A stretch of 41,513 nucleotides of DNA from an archaeon (GCA_043817815.1 JBDRGM010000017.1:1-41513), one strand, 5' to 3'. Positions 8,714 through 18,562 are shown, numbered from the stretch's first letter. Translations and numbers: made by a program. Notes: a model not told the origin generated them from the letters alone.

Positions 8714-10153
8714 ATGAAAGGAGAGAGAGGTGTTATTTTTGTATTTTTATTTGTGATGTTATTGGCAAATGTTTCTGCTCAAAGTTGCGACGTGGTTTTA
8801 GAGGGTTCATGTTCGGACAATATTGTTATGTGGTTGTCTGATGAAACAAATGCACATGGAAGTCTTACAGATATGCCAAATTATGATTATGTTTTGTGTT
8901 GCGATTTTGGAACTGGAATTACTACTTGTGCAGATGAGAATGATATTATCAGGTTGGAAGAAGTAACAAACTCTCATGCTCAGATTCCAAGTTTAAGTGA
9001 TTATTTGGAGCCTGTTTGTTATGAAGAATTAAATTGCACAAGCAAGGTCGGGGATTGCACAGCGTCGGAGATGCCTACTCTTGCTTTATCTACAGACACA
9101 GATGCGCATATCTCTAAATATGATGATGTAGATGCTACTGTAAAAATATGTTGTGAAGGGGTTTGCCTAGGTGAACAAGAGTATTATGATGGAGATTGTG
9201 TTGCTGATGAACTCTTGTATTGGGAAGAGAGTGGAGGGATTGGAATACCTGACGGAGGAGTTGTAGAAGTTGTTGTTGGACAAACACAATTAGTTTTGGT
9301 CTTGAAAAATTCAAAAGAATTAGATGGCACAGGAGTTAGTTTTACAATTTATGAGGCAGACCTTGGACCAGATGATGAGATTAAAACCATAAACTCAGTG
9401 GTTAATTCTGGTGAAGCAAGTGCATTGTGGAAAATTCTCGAGGAGGATTTGCAAAAGACACTTGGGGATTATAAAGAGTTTTATTTTAAAGTGGCAGGAG
9501 TAGGAGGCTCAAGCCAGATTGTTGAACTTGATGTGGTTGATTCTGAAACTTTTTGTAGTATTCGGGAATATTGCAGGGACTATAAAGCGCAAGAAGATTG
9601 TGAAAGCGACTTATGCTCTGTTGCAGGGGCGAGTGTAGAGATAAATGATCCTTCCATAACTTGTGGGCAGGTTATTGTAGAGAATGGATGTACTGCCTGG
9701 CATAATTGTTCATGTGAGTGGAGAGGAGGAGTATGTGGTCCATCTAGGCTAGATAACTTAAATTGTACAGATGGTAATCCGGTAGTGATTGGGGCGTGTT
9801 TTTTCAATGAATCTTCAGCAGATGATTGTGAAGACGGATTGTTAGAGTACTCTTGGAAAGGAATTTATACATGGGATTTAGGAAACTGGAATACAACTCA
9901 AAAAGGTGGAGTATCAGGATGGTTAGAAGATCCATCAGCTTCAAATTATTGGCATTATGACCCAGGGGAAAAAGCAATGGGGTGTAGAACAGAGAATAGT
10001 AACGTGATCCAATGTCCAATAGAAGCTTTGCTTCCTTTTTTTACATGGATGAATATAATAGTTATTGCGATAATCATCGCTGTATTATATGTAATCATCG
10101 AGAGGAACAAGAAGAAACCAAAAAGAAAGGGTTCTAAAAAAAGAAAAAAATAA
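8714..10153 (+). CDS. Cys-rich secreted/membrane-anchored surface protein with three N-A-H-type repeats
   Basis: Signal peptide VSA|, TNAHG/TNSHA/TDAHI repeats, C-terminal LPFF-TM-polybasic tail; homolog of 21276..23144. Confidence 0.75.
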   Translation: MKGERGVIFVFLFVMLLANVSAQSCDVVLEGSCSDNIVMWLSDETNAHGSLTDMPNYDYVLCCDFGTGITTCADENDIIRLEEVTNSHAQIPSLSDYLEPVCYEELNCTSKVGDCTASEMPTLALSTDTDAHISKYDDVDATVKICCEGVCLGEQEYYDGDCVADELLYWEESGGIGIPDGGVVEVVVGQTQLVLVLKNSKELDGTGVSFTIYEADLGPDDEIKTINSVVNSGEASALWKILEEDLQKTLGDYKEFYFKVAGVGGSSQIVELDVVDSETFCSIREYCRDYKAQEDCESDLCSVAGASVEINDPSITCGQVIVENGCTAWHNCSCEWRGGVCGPSRLDNLNCTDGNPVVIGACFFNESSADDCEDGLLEYSWKGIYTWDLGNWNTTQKGGVSGWLEDPSASNYWHYDPGEKAMGCRTENSNVIQCPIEALLPFFTWMNIIVIAIIIAVLYVIIERNKKKPKRKGSKKRKK

Positions 10154-10188
10154 GATAATTTTATAAAACAGAAACACTATTTCTTGTC

Positions 10189-12831
10189 ATGAAAAAAGAG
10201 TGTGTAAAATTTTTGATAGTTGTTCTTTTAATCGGAAGTGTTTATGCTGGTTTTGAATTAGGGGCACCATCACATTCTGTTGATGAATATTATGGACCAG
10301 GGAATGATATCAAGGGGTGGGTGAACATGAGTTTTAATCAAGAATTGGCTAATTCATTATTTGAAGATTCGTTTGAAAATCAAATAACCTTGGTTGAGCT
10401 CTTGGAAAGTAATGATAATCTGCAGTATTCTTGTGTGCCTGTTGATTGTGGGACAGAATATGCCACAACTAATAATGGAGCAACTGAAAAAACATTTAGC
10501 CTGGACATTAGTGGTTCTAAATTAATTGGTTTAAAAGTCCAGGGAAATGTTGAATCAATAACCTCTGTTGATTTTGTGGTAGAAAGTGATGCAGGAAAAT
10601 CATGTTATAATCAATTGAAGATAGATGTTGGGGCAGACGGAGTTATTGAAACAGGCAATGCAAAATCCTCAACAGAAACTTGTGATTTTTTGAGGGACTA
10701 TGGATGTTTTGATGAAGAGGAAACTCCAAGAGATTATATAATTGGGGATTCTCCAAATAAAAAATATTGCCAGAAAATAAACTTGTCTGAATCTGCCGGG
10801 TTTAATATTGGGGCGGAGATTGCTCGTAATGGGGACTCGCGAATAGTGAAGATGGCTCTCTATGATCTCGACGGTGAGCCAATAGAAACAGGGGGTTGCG
10901 ACTTGCCAGGAGGAGAAGGAGAAGTTTATTGTAGTGTGGATTATCTTGTTACAGAAATTTCGCCTTATTATGTTTGTGTTTATTCGGATGAAGCAGGAGT
11001 GTCGAGGATAAAAGGATATGAAGAAGTGGGTGGTTGTGGATTTTATGGGGCAGGGATCCAAGCAGGAAATGCGGCGTATAAAATTTTTTCAGAAGGGAGA
11101 AAGTTCAACGATGTCGGAGTGTTGAACATTTCTAATTCAATTGCGCACGGAAACACATTGGCAGGAGAGATAAATGATTATTTAATGGAAAAGTATGGGG
11201 GCATGGCTTGTTCAGAAGGTTGTGTGATTCCTATAAATATTTTGTCTAAGAGTGACCAAAGTGTGACACTGAACAACTTAGAGATGAAATATAAAACTGC
11301 GAGCGGGGAGATTAGTGAGAATAAATTTTACGAGATAAATGAAACTTATGCCAAGGTTAATTCAACTCATCAAAAAATCTCTTTGAACAATGCAGGATTT
11401 GCAACTCCTTTAGAATATGGCAATTACACTTTTAGTTTGGATTTCAATGGAGAAGAATTATTCAGTAAAAATGTTCATGTTGAAAATGTGCCCCAGATAA
11501 AATATCTGTTTCCGACAAAAACGTCTTCTGCTTTTCCAACTTTGTTCAGGGTGACAACTGATTCTCAGGTAAGTGTGAAGGAGTATAAATGGGAATTTGG
11601 AGACAATAGTAGTGAGAAGACTTCTAAAAACGCGGTTACGCATGTTTATGCCTCAACAGGTGCTTATACATTGAAGCTTACACTTAAGGATAATTCAGAG
11701 CGGGTCTCTTCAAAAGAATTTATTATCATTGTTGTGTCTCCTAAGGAATTGTTAGCAGAAAAGCTCGAGATTATGCAAGCAGATATTGGAAACGTGACTG
11801 CGCAGATTAATTCTATGCCTGTGTTTTACAAGCAAGCTTTAAAATCAGTTTTAGATATGGATGATATCAGTGAGAAATTTAAACAGATTCAGAGGGACTA
11901 TAATGCTGCGACAACCGAGGAGGATTATAATGCAATTGTGGGAAGGTTCCTTGAATTAGAGGTTCCTAAAAAGTTGCTTACAAACGAGAAAGCTACTTCT
12001 TTGTTGTTTTATCCGAAGAGAGAGAACATAAATCTTGATGTCTTGAAGACTGTTGGAGGGGGGGACTATGAACTGGATAAAGAGAGCGAGTACAAGGAGG
12101 CGATTTTACTGTGGCAACAAAAGAATATTGATTTGAAGATTTCATTGGTTGAAATTTCTGCGGTGTATGAAACCTCTAGTGGAGTTCTTACGAGGATTTA
12201 TCAAATTGACTTGAAGGAGAAAGAAGAACTTGGGAAAGATCCTTATGTAATTATCAAAAAAAGTGAAGGGCTTGCTTTTAAAGAAAATTATCTTGAGCAA
12301 GAAGAAGGGGATTATTTTATTATTGAACTTTCTCAACCTGAACAGGTCATTGAATTTTCAACTGTTGAAGATTTTGAGTTTTTTGAATTGCCATTGTTTG
12401 TGTCCACAAGTTTGGCTAGGATAAAATTGCAAGAGCCAATAAAAGAGGCATTAATGAAGATGAATTGGAAGGCAGTGATAATTGTGATAATTGTAATATT
12501 CATTTTAGGGTTTGTGGTTTACGTTGTTTTGCAAGAATGGTATAAGAGGAAATATGAAAATTGGTTGTTTAAAGAGAGAAATGATTTGTATAATTTGATC
12601 TTTTACACGAAAAATTCAAAGGACCAGGGATTAGACAATAAACAGATTTTGCAAAAGTTGAAGAAGATGTCGTGGTCTTCTGAACAGATTAAATACATTA
12701 TTCGGAAATATTTGGGGAAAAGGACAGGGATGATTGAGATACCGATTATGAAATTGGTGGATAAGATAAGAGGATTGATACCGAAGAAGAAGGTTGTGGA
12801 GGAAAGTATCATTCCAACACGAAAAATTTAA
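10189..12831 (+). CDS. large PKD-domain membrane-anchored surface protein
   Basis: Signal peptide, PKD motif YKWEFGD...VTHVY...GAYTLKL, coiled coil, TM, cytoplasmic tail; homolog of 18578..21241. Confidence 0.8.
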   Translation: MKKECVKFLIVVLLIGSVYAGFELGAPSHSVDEYYGPGNDIKGWVNMSFNQELANSLFEDSFENQITLVELLESNDNLQYSCVPVDCGTEYATTNNGATEKTFSLDISGSKLIGLKVQGNVESITSVDFVVESDAGKSCYNQLKIDVGADGVIETGNAKSSTETCDFLRDYGCFDEEETPRDYIIGDSPNKKYCQKINLSESAGFNIGAEIARNGDSRIVKMALYDLDGEPIETGGCDLPGGEGEVYCSVDYLVTEISPYYVCVYSDEAGVSRIKGYEEVGGCGFYGAGIQAGNAAYKIFSEGRKFNDVGVLNISNSIAHGNTLAGEINDYLMEKYGGMACSEGCVIPINILSKSDQSVTLNNLEMKYKTASGEISENKFYEINETYAKVNSTHQKISLNNAGFATPLEYGNYTFSLDFNGEELFSKNVHVENVPQIKYLFPTKTSSAFPTLFRVTTDSQVSVKEYKWEFGDNSSEKTSKNAVTHVYASTGAYTLKLTLKDNSERVSSKEFIIIVVSPKELLAEKLEIMQADIGNVTAQINSMPVFYKQALKSVLDMDDISEKFKQIQRDYNAATTEEDYNAIVGRFLELEVPKKLLTNEKATSLLFYPKRENINLDVLKTVGGGDYELDKESEYKEAILLWQQKNIDLKISLVEISAVYETSSGVLTRIYQIDLKEKEELGKDPYVIIKKSEGLAFKENYLEQEEGDYFIIELSQPEQVIEFSTVEDFEFFELPLFVSTSLARIKLQEPIKEALMKMNWKAVIIVIIVIFILGFVVYVVLQEWYKRKYENWLFKERNDLYNLIFYTKNSKDQGLDNKQILQKLKKMSWSSEQIKYIIRKYLGKRTGMIEIPIMKLVDKIRGLIPKKKVVEESIIPTRKI

Positions 12832-12855
12832 TAAAGCTTGGTTTCAAGATAATTT

Positions 12856-13497
12856 ATGGCAATAAAAATAATGAAGAACTTTTTTAAGAGATTTTTTTCA
12901 AATATATTTAGCAGTAAGAAAGAGATAAAACTTGGGTTTTATGGTCCCCCAAATGCAGGGAAAACAAGTTTAGCGAATCGAATCTGTAAGGATTTCACAG
13001 GTGAAGAGATGGGGAGTGTAAGCAAAGTTCCACATGAGACAAGGACTATTCAGTTTAAAGAAAAAGTAGAAATTGAATTTAAAGGTAAGAAGATTACTTT
13101 TAAGATGATTGATACTCCTGGAATTGCGACGAAAATTGATTATGAAGAGTTTTTAAAATACAAGATAAAGAAGGCAGACGCGAAAAAAAGAGCAAAGGAA
13201 GCGACCCAGGGAGTTGTTGAGAGTATAAAATGGCTTGATGACATGAATATTGTAGTCGTGGTTTTGGATTCTACTGAAAACCCCTACAACCAAGTTAACA
13301 TAACAATTATTGGGAATCTTGTTGCAAGAAAAATTCCGGTTTTGATTGTCGCTAATAAAGTAGACTTGAAAAAAGCCAATATTAAAAACATAGAGTCTGC
13401 ATTTCCAGAATATGATGTTGTTGGGATTAGTGCAAAGTATGGGAAGAATCTAGAAGAATTTTATGAATCAATTTTTAAACTATCAAAAAAAGTTTAA
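12856..13497 (+). CDS. oapA: small GTPase OapA/ArvA family
   Basis: G1 GPPNAGKT, PHET, G3 DTPG, G4 NKVD, G5 SAK; KEATQGVVESIKWL and NPYNQVNITIIGNL typical; followed by oapB/oapC-like genes. Confidence 0.85.
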   Translation: MAIKIMKNFFKRFFSNIFSSKKEIKLGFYGPPNAGKTSLANRICKDFTGEEMGSVSKVPHETRTIQFKEKVEIEFKGKKITFKMIDTPGIATKIDYEEFLKYKIKKADAKKRAKEATQGVVESIKWLDDMNIVVVVLDSTENPYNQVNITIIGNLVARKIPVLIVANKVDLKKANIKNIESAFPEYDVVGISAKYGKNLEEFYESIFKLSKKV

Positions 13498-13532
13498 GTA
13501 AAGATTAAAAACCAAAAAATCTTTGTATAAAA

Positions 13533-13946
13533 ATGGGACGGAAAAAAAGAGGTAAAAGTTTAGGAAAGCTTAAAGGATTTTCAATTCAGTTTTTGCCATA
13601 TTCAGAAATTAGAGATTTGGAAAGTGATTTGAGGTTAAGGAAGATATTAGGAATTGTCTTAGGGAATAATATTTTGATTCTGCAGGGGAGATTATTGCCT
13701 GAAGAAGAGACGCGACTTATAGGAGACACAATGGCAATGATTGGACATGTTAAAAATTTCAAAGGAATAGAACTTGCAGTTATTTCTGGGAACAACAATA
13801 TGGGTTTTATTGGAAGAATGAAAAAAGGGCTTGCAAATGCTTTGGCTGGAGGAGATTTGGGAGCAGTTACAATCATTGGTCCTGCAACAATTGTGAAGGA
13901 GATTAAGAGAAATCCAAAGAAAATTGAATTACTTCTTAACAAATAA
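13533..13946 (+). CDS. oapB: OapB/ArvB (DUF2073-like) protein
   Basis: ILILQGRLLPEEETRLI..TM, FKGIEL, TIIGPA..KEIKRNP motifs; position after oapA. Confidence 0.8.
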   Translation: MGRKKRGKSLGKLKGFSIQFLPYSEIRDLESDLRLRKILGIVLGNNILILQGRLLPEEETRLIGDTMAMIGHVKNFKGIELAVISGNNNMGFIGRMKKGLANALAGGDLGAVTIIGPATIVKEIKRNPKKIELLLNK

Positions 13947-13963
13947 GAATCTCCGTGGTCCTC

Positions 13964-14010
13964 AAACCTAAATTTTTTGCGGTCACAAATCACAAGTGAT
14001 TTGCAAAAAG
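13964..14010. repeat. hairpin element with perfect 8-bp stem CAAATCAC-AA-GTGATTTG
   Basis: Stem 13986-13993/13996-14003, flanked by ttttttgc...gcaaaaa; leading aaacctaa(a)ttttttg also occurs at 2501. Confidence 0.5.
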
Positions 14011-14012
14011 GA

Positions 14013-14057
14013 ATAAAACGTAATCCTAAAAAAATAGAGCTATTGCTAAATAAATAA
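14013..14057 (+). pseudogene. orphan recoded duplicate of the oapB 3' end (IKRNPKKIELLLNK*)
   Basis: ata aaa cgt aat cct aaa aaa ata gag cta ttg cta aat aaa taa encodes the same 14 aa plus stop as 13902-13946 with different codons. Confidence 0.85.
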
Positions 14058-14059
14058 TT

Positions 14060-14425
14060 CTATCGCTTACCAGGTTTAAGATTAATAATTGTTCCGTCGT
14101 CAGAAATTTCATAATCAGTTGGTTCTGCTTTCTTAAATCCCCACATTTTTTCTGTTCTCTCCATTAAATAAACATCATCTCCAAGTAAAGCATTTCTTAT
14201 TAAATCCCTATATCCTGAATCATTTTGCCAACCTGGAAGGAACTGAATATTTGTTTTTTCCATCAATTCATCCTCTTTTCCAAGAATAGCTTGGTCATTT
14301 GCTAAAACGGTCAATCCTTCTTGATTATTATGTTTTTCACGCATAAGAACATTTAAGCTTTTGTAAGTTAAAGCAATCGTCTCCACACTAGCATTCTCAT
14401 CTAAAATTAAAAGTGCTAATTTCAT
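14060..14425 (-). CDS. hypothetical protein inserted antisense within the oapABC cluster
   Basis: 121-aa ORF with ATG and upstream TATA-like tract; no recognised motif. Confidence 0.65.
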   Translation of the reverse strand: MKLALLILDENASVETIALTYKSLNVLMREKHNNQEGLTVLANDQAILGKEDELMEKTNIQFLPGWQNDSGYRDLIRNALLGDDVYLMERTEKMWGFKKAEPTDYEISDDGTIINLKPGKR

Positions 14426-14510
14426 AATTAGTCTGTGTAAGATTGTTATTTAAGGATTTGTATACTTTAAGCATCGATAAATTTATTAACTTCGCGCTAT
14501 TTGTTCTATC

Positions 14511-14921
14511 ATGCCACACCAGTGTGTAAAATGTTCTAGGATTATTCCAGTTGGAAGCAAGGAGTTATTAGAGGGATGTGAAAGTTGTAAGGGGAGGTTT
14601 TTCTTTTATATTCGAGATGATCAGTTGAAGAAGATTAAGGAAGAACCACCTATAGAAATTCCAGAAGAAGAAAAGGACAAAATTGAGAGGGACATTCGTG
14701 AGATGGCAGGGATTACAGACCAAGATGCGCCAGTGATTTTGGATCTTGAATCTGTGAGAGCTGTTGGTTCTGGAAAATTTGAAATTGATATTGTGAATTT
14801 ACTTAGAAAAGACAGGCCTTTAATTTACAAGATGGAAGAAGGAAAATATATAATCGATTTATCTTCAACATTAGGCAAAAGTGCGAAAGAGATTAAGGAG
14901 ATTCAAGATCCTGAGAAATAA
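14511..14921 (+). CDS. oapC: OapC/ArvC zinc-ribbon protein (DUF2072-like)
   Basis: MPHQCVKC...LLEGCESC.GRFFFY, LESVR...GKFEIDI..L, EEGKYIIDL. Confidence 0.85.
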   Translation: MPHQCVKCSRIIPVGSKELLEGCESCKGRFFFYIRDDQLKKIKEEPPIEIPEEEKDKIERDIREMAGITDQDAPVILDLESVRAVGSGKFEIDIVNLLRKDRPLIYKMEEGKYIIDLSSTLGKSAKEIKEIQDPEK

Positions 14922-14951
14922 CTTTATTAACCTTATTCTGTTATTTTATTT

Positions 14952-16235
14952 ATGAACAAACTAAATCAAATCCTAACTCAAGTTTTAGAAAATGTTGAAC
15001 CGCCTAAAGAGGATTTGAAATTTATAGAAGACGAATTGGAGAAATTTTTGCAAAAGCTTAGAGCAAAGATTAAATCCTTGAGGATTAATGTGGAAATTTT
15101 TGTTGGAGGGAGTTTTGCAAAAAAAACCCTTATAAAAAAAGACAAGTATGATATTGATATTTTTTTGAGGTTTGACAAGAAGTACAAAAACGAGGAGCTT
15201 TCGGATTTGACTAAGAAATTGTTAAATGGTTTTAAAGAAGTTTCAATGGTTCATGGCTCAAGAGATTATTTTAATGTAAAGCTCAACCCGTTTGTGTTTT
15301 TTGAGATAGTGCCAGTGGCAAAAATTAAAAAGCTTCAAGAAGCAGAAAACATAACTGACCTTTCTTATTCACATGTGAAATATGTAAATAGAAAAGTGAA
15401 ATCAAAGAAAGTTCTCGACGAGATAAGAGTTGCAAAAGCGTTTTGTTATGCGAACAATTGCTATGGTGCAGAGTCTTATATAAATGGGTTTTCAGGTTAT
15501 GGGCTTGAATTATTGGTTTATTCTTACGGAAGTTTTTTGAAATTTATCAGAGCTATTGTTAAATCAAAGAAAGATGAAAAGATTGTTATTGATATTGAAA
15601 AACAGCACAAGAATAAAAGTTCTATTTTAATGGATTTGAATAGTTCTAAACTTCAGTCGCCAATTGTTTTGATTGATCCAACATATAAGCAGAGAAATGT
15701 ATTGGCTGCTTTGTCATATGAAACATTTGAGAAATTTAAAAAAGAATGTGTAGCTTTTTTGAAGACGCCTTCTATAAAGTCGTTTGAAGTGAAAAAAACA
15801 GATTTAGAGAAAGTGAAAAAAGACGCAAAGATGAAGAAGTTTGAGTTTGTATTGGTTGAGGCTTTTACAAATAAACAAGAAGGAGATATTGCAGGAGGGA
15901 AGTTGTTGAAGTTTTACAAGCATTTGGAGATGGAGATTTCTAAATATTTTGAGATGAAGAAAAAAGGGTTTAATTATAATCATAAAAAGTCTGCAAGGTA
16001 TTTTTTTGTTGTTAAGAGCAAAAAAGAATTATTAGTCAAAGGACCTTTTGTTAAAGATGAGAAAAATGAAAAGAGGTTTAAGAAAAAACACAAGAAAACT
16101 TTTGTTAAAAAAAATCAAATTTATTCACGTGAGAAAATTGATTTTGATATTAAGAAATTTATTGAAATCTGGAAAAAGAAAAACAAGACAAAGATTAAAG
16201 AAATGGATGTTGTTGGGTTGAAGGTTTTTGGTTAG
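14952..16235 (+). CDS. cca: class I (archaeal) CCA-adding tRNA nucleotidyltransferase
   Basis: GGSFAKKT...YDIDIF, YGAESYINGFSGYGLELL, IVLIDPTYKQRNVLAALS. Confidence 0.9.
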   Translation: MNKLNQILTQVLENVEPPKEDLKFIEDELEKFLQKLRAKIKSLRINVEIFVGGSFAKKTLIKKDKYDIDIFLRFDKKYKNEELSDLTKKLLNGFKEVSMVHGSRDYFNVKLNPFVFFEIVPVAKIKKLQEAENITDLSYSHVKYVNRKVKSKKVLDEIRVAKAFCYANNCYGAESYINGFSGYGLELLVYSYGSFLKFIRAIVKSKKDEKIVIDIEKQHKNKSSILMDLNSSKLQSPIVLIDPTYKQRNVLAALSYETFEKFKKECVAFLKTPSIKSFEVKKTDLEKVKKDAKMKKFEFVLVEAFTNKQEGDIAGGKLLKFYKHLEMEISKYFEMKKKGFNYNHKKSARYFFVVKSKKELLVKGPFVKDEKNEKRFKKKHKKTFVKKNQIYSREKIDFDIKKFIEIWKKKNKTKIKEMDVVGLKVFG

Positions 16236-16495
16236 GAATTCTTCTTTGTTTTGTGGAGAAAGTCCTCACAAGCAGTCTTACCTGCCATAAAAAAGATATT
16301 ATTATGTATCCATCCTTTCTCTTTCACCCTATTAACCACTTTCCGAGCATGATCTCTTGCGGCTTCCTCGTTAATACTTGCCTCTAGATTCAATGTTTTT
16401 CTAACAATAGAATAACTTACTGCAGATCCAAGAAGATATCCTATGTAAACTCCGCCCAGAAGATATTCCAATCCCCCCATCTCACTTCCCTCCAT
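16232..16495 (-). CDS. small hypothetical membrane protein
   Basis: Overlaps the trmB stop; N-terminal hydrophobic segment. Confidence 0.55.
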   Translation of the reverse strand: MEGSEMGGLEYLLGGVYIGYLLGSAVSYSIVRKTLNLEASINEEAARDHARKVVNRVKEKGWIHNNIFFMAGKTACEDFLHKTKKNS

Positions 16496-17264
16496 TCATA
16501 GCCTTCTCAAACAAAGCTACAAAAGCACTTATGAAAAATTCTGAGTTTAGCCAGATTGCAACGTCTTCTGTGTCTGATCTTTTTGACAAATAGAACAAGA
16601 TTTCCTTTTGGTCGATTATAAAGAATTTTGCGTCGATTTCTATTTGCTTGATTTTGATTCCAAACTTGCCTGACAATTCCTTGATTGTTTGGGGCTCACC
16701 TGACAAAGCCATCTTAATCTTAATGTTTGATTTTTTGAGAATTTCAAAAGTTTGTTCAAAAAGTTTAAGTTTTGATTTCAATTCTTCAGCATTTGTACAG
16801 ATTATTACTTCTTTGTTTGCACTTTGAATTATTTCCTTCAAGTAATTTGTAATGTTAGACTTGCCTTTTAACGACGCTGAAAGGTCTTCTCGTTTTATAG
16901 GTGAGATTCCGCCCTTGTACAATTTCTCAAGCTTTGTAAACTCGTCTGTCTCTTTTATGTTTGTCAAACTCACTACTCTGTCGTCTGCATTTTTCCGTAT
17001 GTTATTTTTTAATTTCTCAAGAACAATTTTTGGTTTTACTCCAATATACTTTACAGGTTTGCCTAACTTCACAATTGCAAATCCTTTTTTCTCTAAACTT
17101 TCAAGAACATCATAGGTTCGGCTTCTTGGAACTCGCGACATTTCTGCGATTTCACCAGCAGACGCAACACCTTTTCCAAGCAAAGCTAACCAGACTTTAG
17201 TCTCATAAATATTTAAATCAAAATAATCCTTTATTCTATTGATTAGTTCTTCTTTTACTAACAT
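16482..17264 (-). CDS. trmB: TrmB-family transcriptional regulator
   Basis: LNIYETKVWLALL...SAGEIAEMSRVPRSRTYDVLESLEKKGF wHTH; C-terminal effector domain (FFIIDQKEIL). Confidence 0.9.
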   Translation of the reverse strand: MLVKEELINRIKDYFDLNIYETKVWLALLGKGVASAGEIAEMSRVPRSRTYDVLESLEKKGFAIVKLGKPVKYIGVKPKIVLEKLKNNIRKNADDRVVSLTNIKETDEFTKLEKLYKGGISPIKREDLSASLKGKSNITNYLKEIIQSANKEVIICTNAEELKSKLKLFEQTFEILKKSNIKIKMALSGEPQTIKELSGKFGIKIKQIEIDAKFFIIDQKEILFYLSKRSDTEDVAIWLNSEFFISAFVALFEKAMNGGK

Positions 17265-17265
17265 T

Positions 17266-17577
17266 TTATTTCCTTGGTTTAAGTTTAGAATCTCTGATTA
17301 CAAAACCTCTGCCTGTAAGATAAGAATAAAATTCTGAAGCATCTTTTAATTCAGAAGCATGAATGTAAACATTTTTCCCTTTTCCATTAGGAACTGCTTT
17401 TGAAATAGAAAATTCATCAACAAGACCCACATTAGTATCAAAACCATTATCCCTATGCAATTTGGCTCCTATTGCATACAAATGTGAGATTATACTACTT
17501 GAATTCCAATCTCCAATTTTCTTTTTATCTCTTCCGATTATTGCTTTAAGTTCCATGGAAAATAAAGATATATTCAC
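17266..17577 (-). CDS. hypothetical protein (true start may be the ATG near 17556)
   Basis: ORF abuts the trmB start; no recognised motif. Confidence 0.55.
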   Translation of the reverse strand: MNISLFSMELKAIIGRDKKKIGDWNSSSIISHLYAIGAKLHRDNGFDTNVGLVDEFSISKAVPNGKGKNVYIHASELKDASEFYSYLTGRGFVIRDSKLKPRK

Positions 17578-17620
17578 TTTATAAATCTTATGGATTGTTA
17601 CTTTTTGGTAGTGGGAACAT

Positions 17621-18562
17621 TTAGAACAAAAAATAACTTAAAATCATTCCAATAAAGATTCCTGCTGTGATGAAAGGCATTGCAGGATAAAACTTTTTCT
17701 TCTCAGAGAAGATAAATAAATAACCTACTCCAAGAGTTGCCCCTGCAATTACTAATAATGCAGGTATAAATCCAAAGGTTTTAAGCATAACTCCTGCAGC
17801 GATTATTGGAAAAATAACATCTCCTCCTCCTAAAATTGCAACATTGACTTTAATCCTTTTCTTTTTCAGCTCTGATTTTTTCATTTTCTTTATTTTTAAC
17901 CTAACTTTTTTTGATAAATAAGGAACAAAAAATCCTGAAAATATATTGAGTTTGTTTATTTGATATTTTGCCATTTTTTGCATAATTCCTGAATGCCACA
18001 CTGCCCACATGTCATAGATTGAGATTAATATTAAAAGAGCAATTATTGTGTAAATGTTTAAAATAGGAACAAAGACTGCACCAATTCCAGGGTAAATAAA
18101 CAATTCTGTAAGATTGTGGACAATAAACTCTCTTTTGAAGATTTTTATAAATGCTAGAGGCAATGCTATGATTAGAGGTATTATAAATGCAATAGTGGGA
18201 TTAATAATCCAGGGAGCGAGTTTTTCAAAAGCATAAATAGATAAAAAAAGAGCTATAACGACAACTACAAAAAACCATAATTTTAAAAAAAATTCAACTT
18301 TAAATTTAGTCAGGAAAAACAATAGTGAAATAGCGATTATAAAAGAGATAATTAAACTTCCAAGCATTCCAATAGATTGTTTCGCTGTTTGAGTTTCAGG
18401 AGGTTTGATGAAAGAAAGGTAAGGATTTGAAATTTTTTGAATTGTTCCGTTTACTTCTTGCTCTAAATAAAAGACATCAGCTTTTTGAACAATTAAGCCA
18501 ATAAACTGAGCCAATAAAAACATTGACAAGAGAATGATTGTAATTTTTACATTGTGTTTCAT
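17621..18562 (-). CDS. presenilin/signal-peptide-peptidase family GxGD intramembrane aspartyl protease
   Basis: ISIYDMWAVW (YD), ILGGGD (GxGD), YPAMPFI (PAL-type); multiple TM helices. Confidence 0.92.
   Translation of the reverse strand: MKHNVKITIILLSMFLLAQFIGLIVQKADVFYLEQEVNGTIQKISNPYLSFIKPPETQTAKQSIGMLGSLIISFIIAISLLFFLTKFKVEFFLKLWFFVVVVIALFLSIYAFEKLAPWIINPTIAFIIPLIIALPLAFIKIFKREFIVHNLTELFIYPGIGAVFVPILNIYTIIALLILISIYDMWAVWHSGIMQKMAKYQINKLNIFSGFFVPYLSKKVRLKIKKMKKSELKKKRIKVNVAILGGGDVIFPIIAAGVMLKTFGFIPALLVIAGATLGVGYLFIFSEKKKFYPAMPFITAGIFIGMILSYFLF

Noticed and set aside
12856-16300. Replication origin suggested by 'origin-associated' oap genes and the G/C skew flip near 16235
   Set aside because: No cdc6/orc1 gene, ORB repeats or long intergenic region; the skew simply follows the coding strand.
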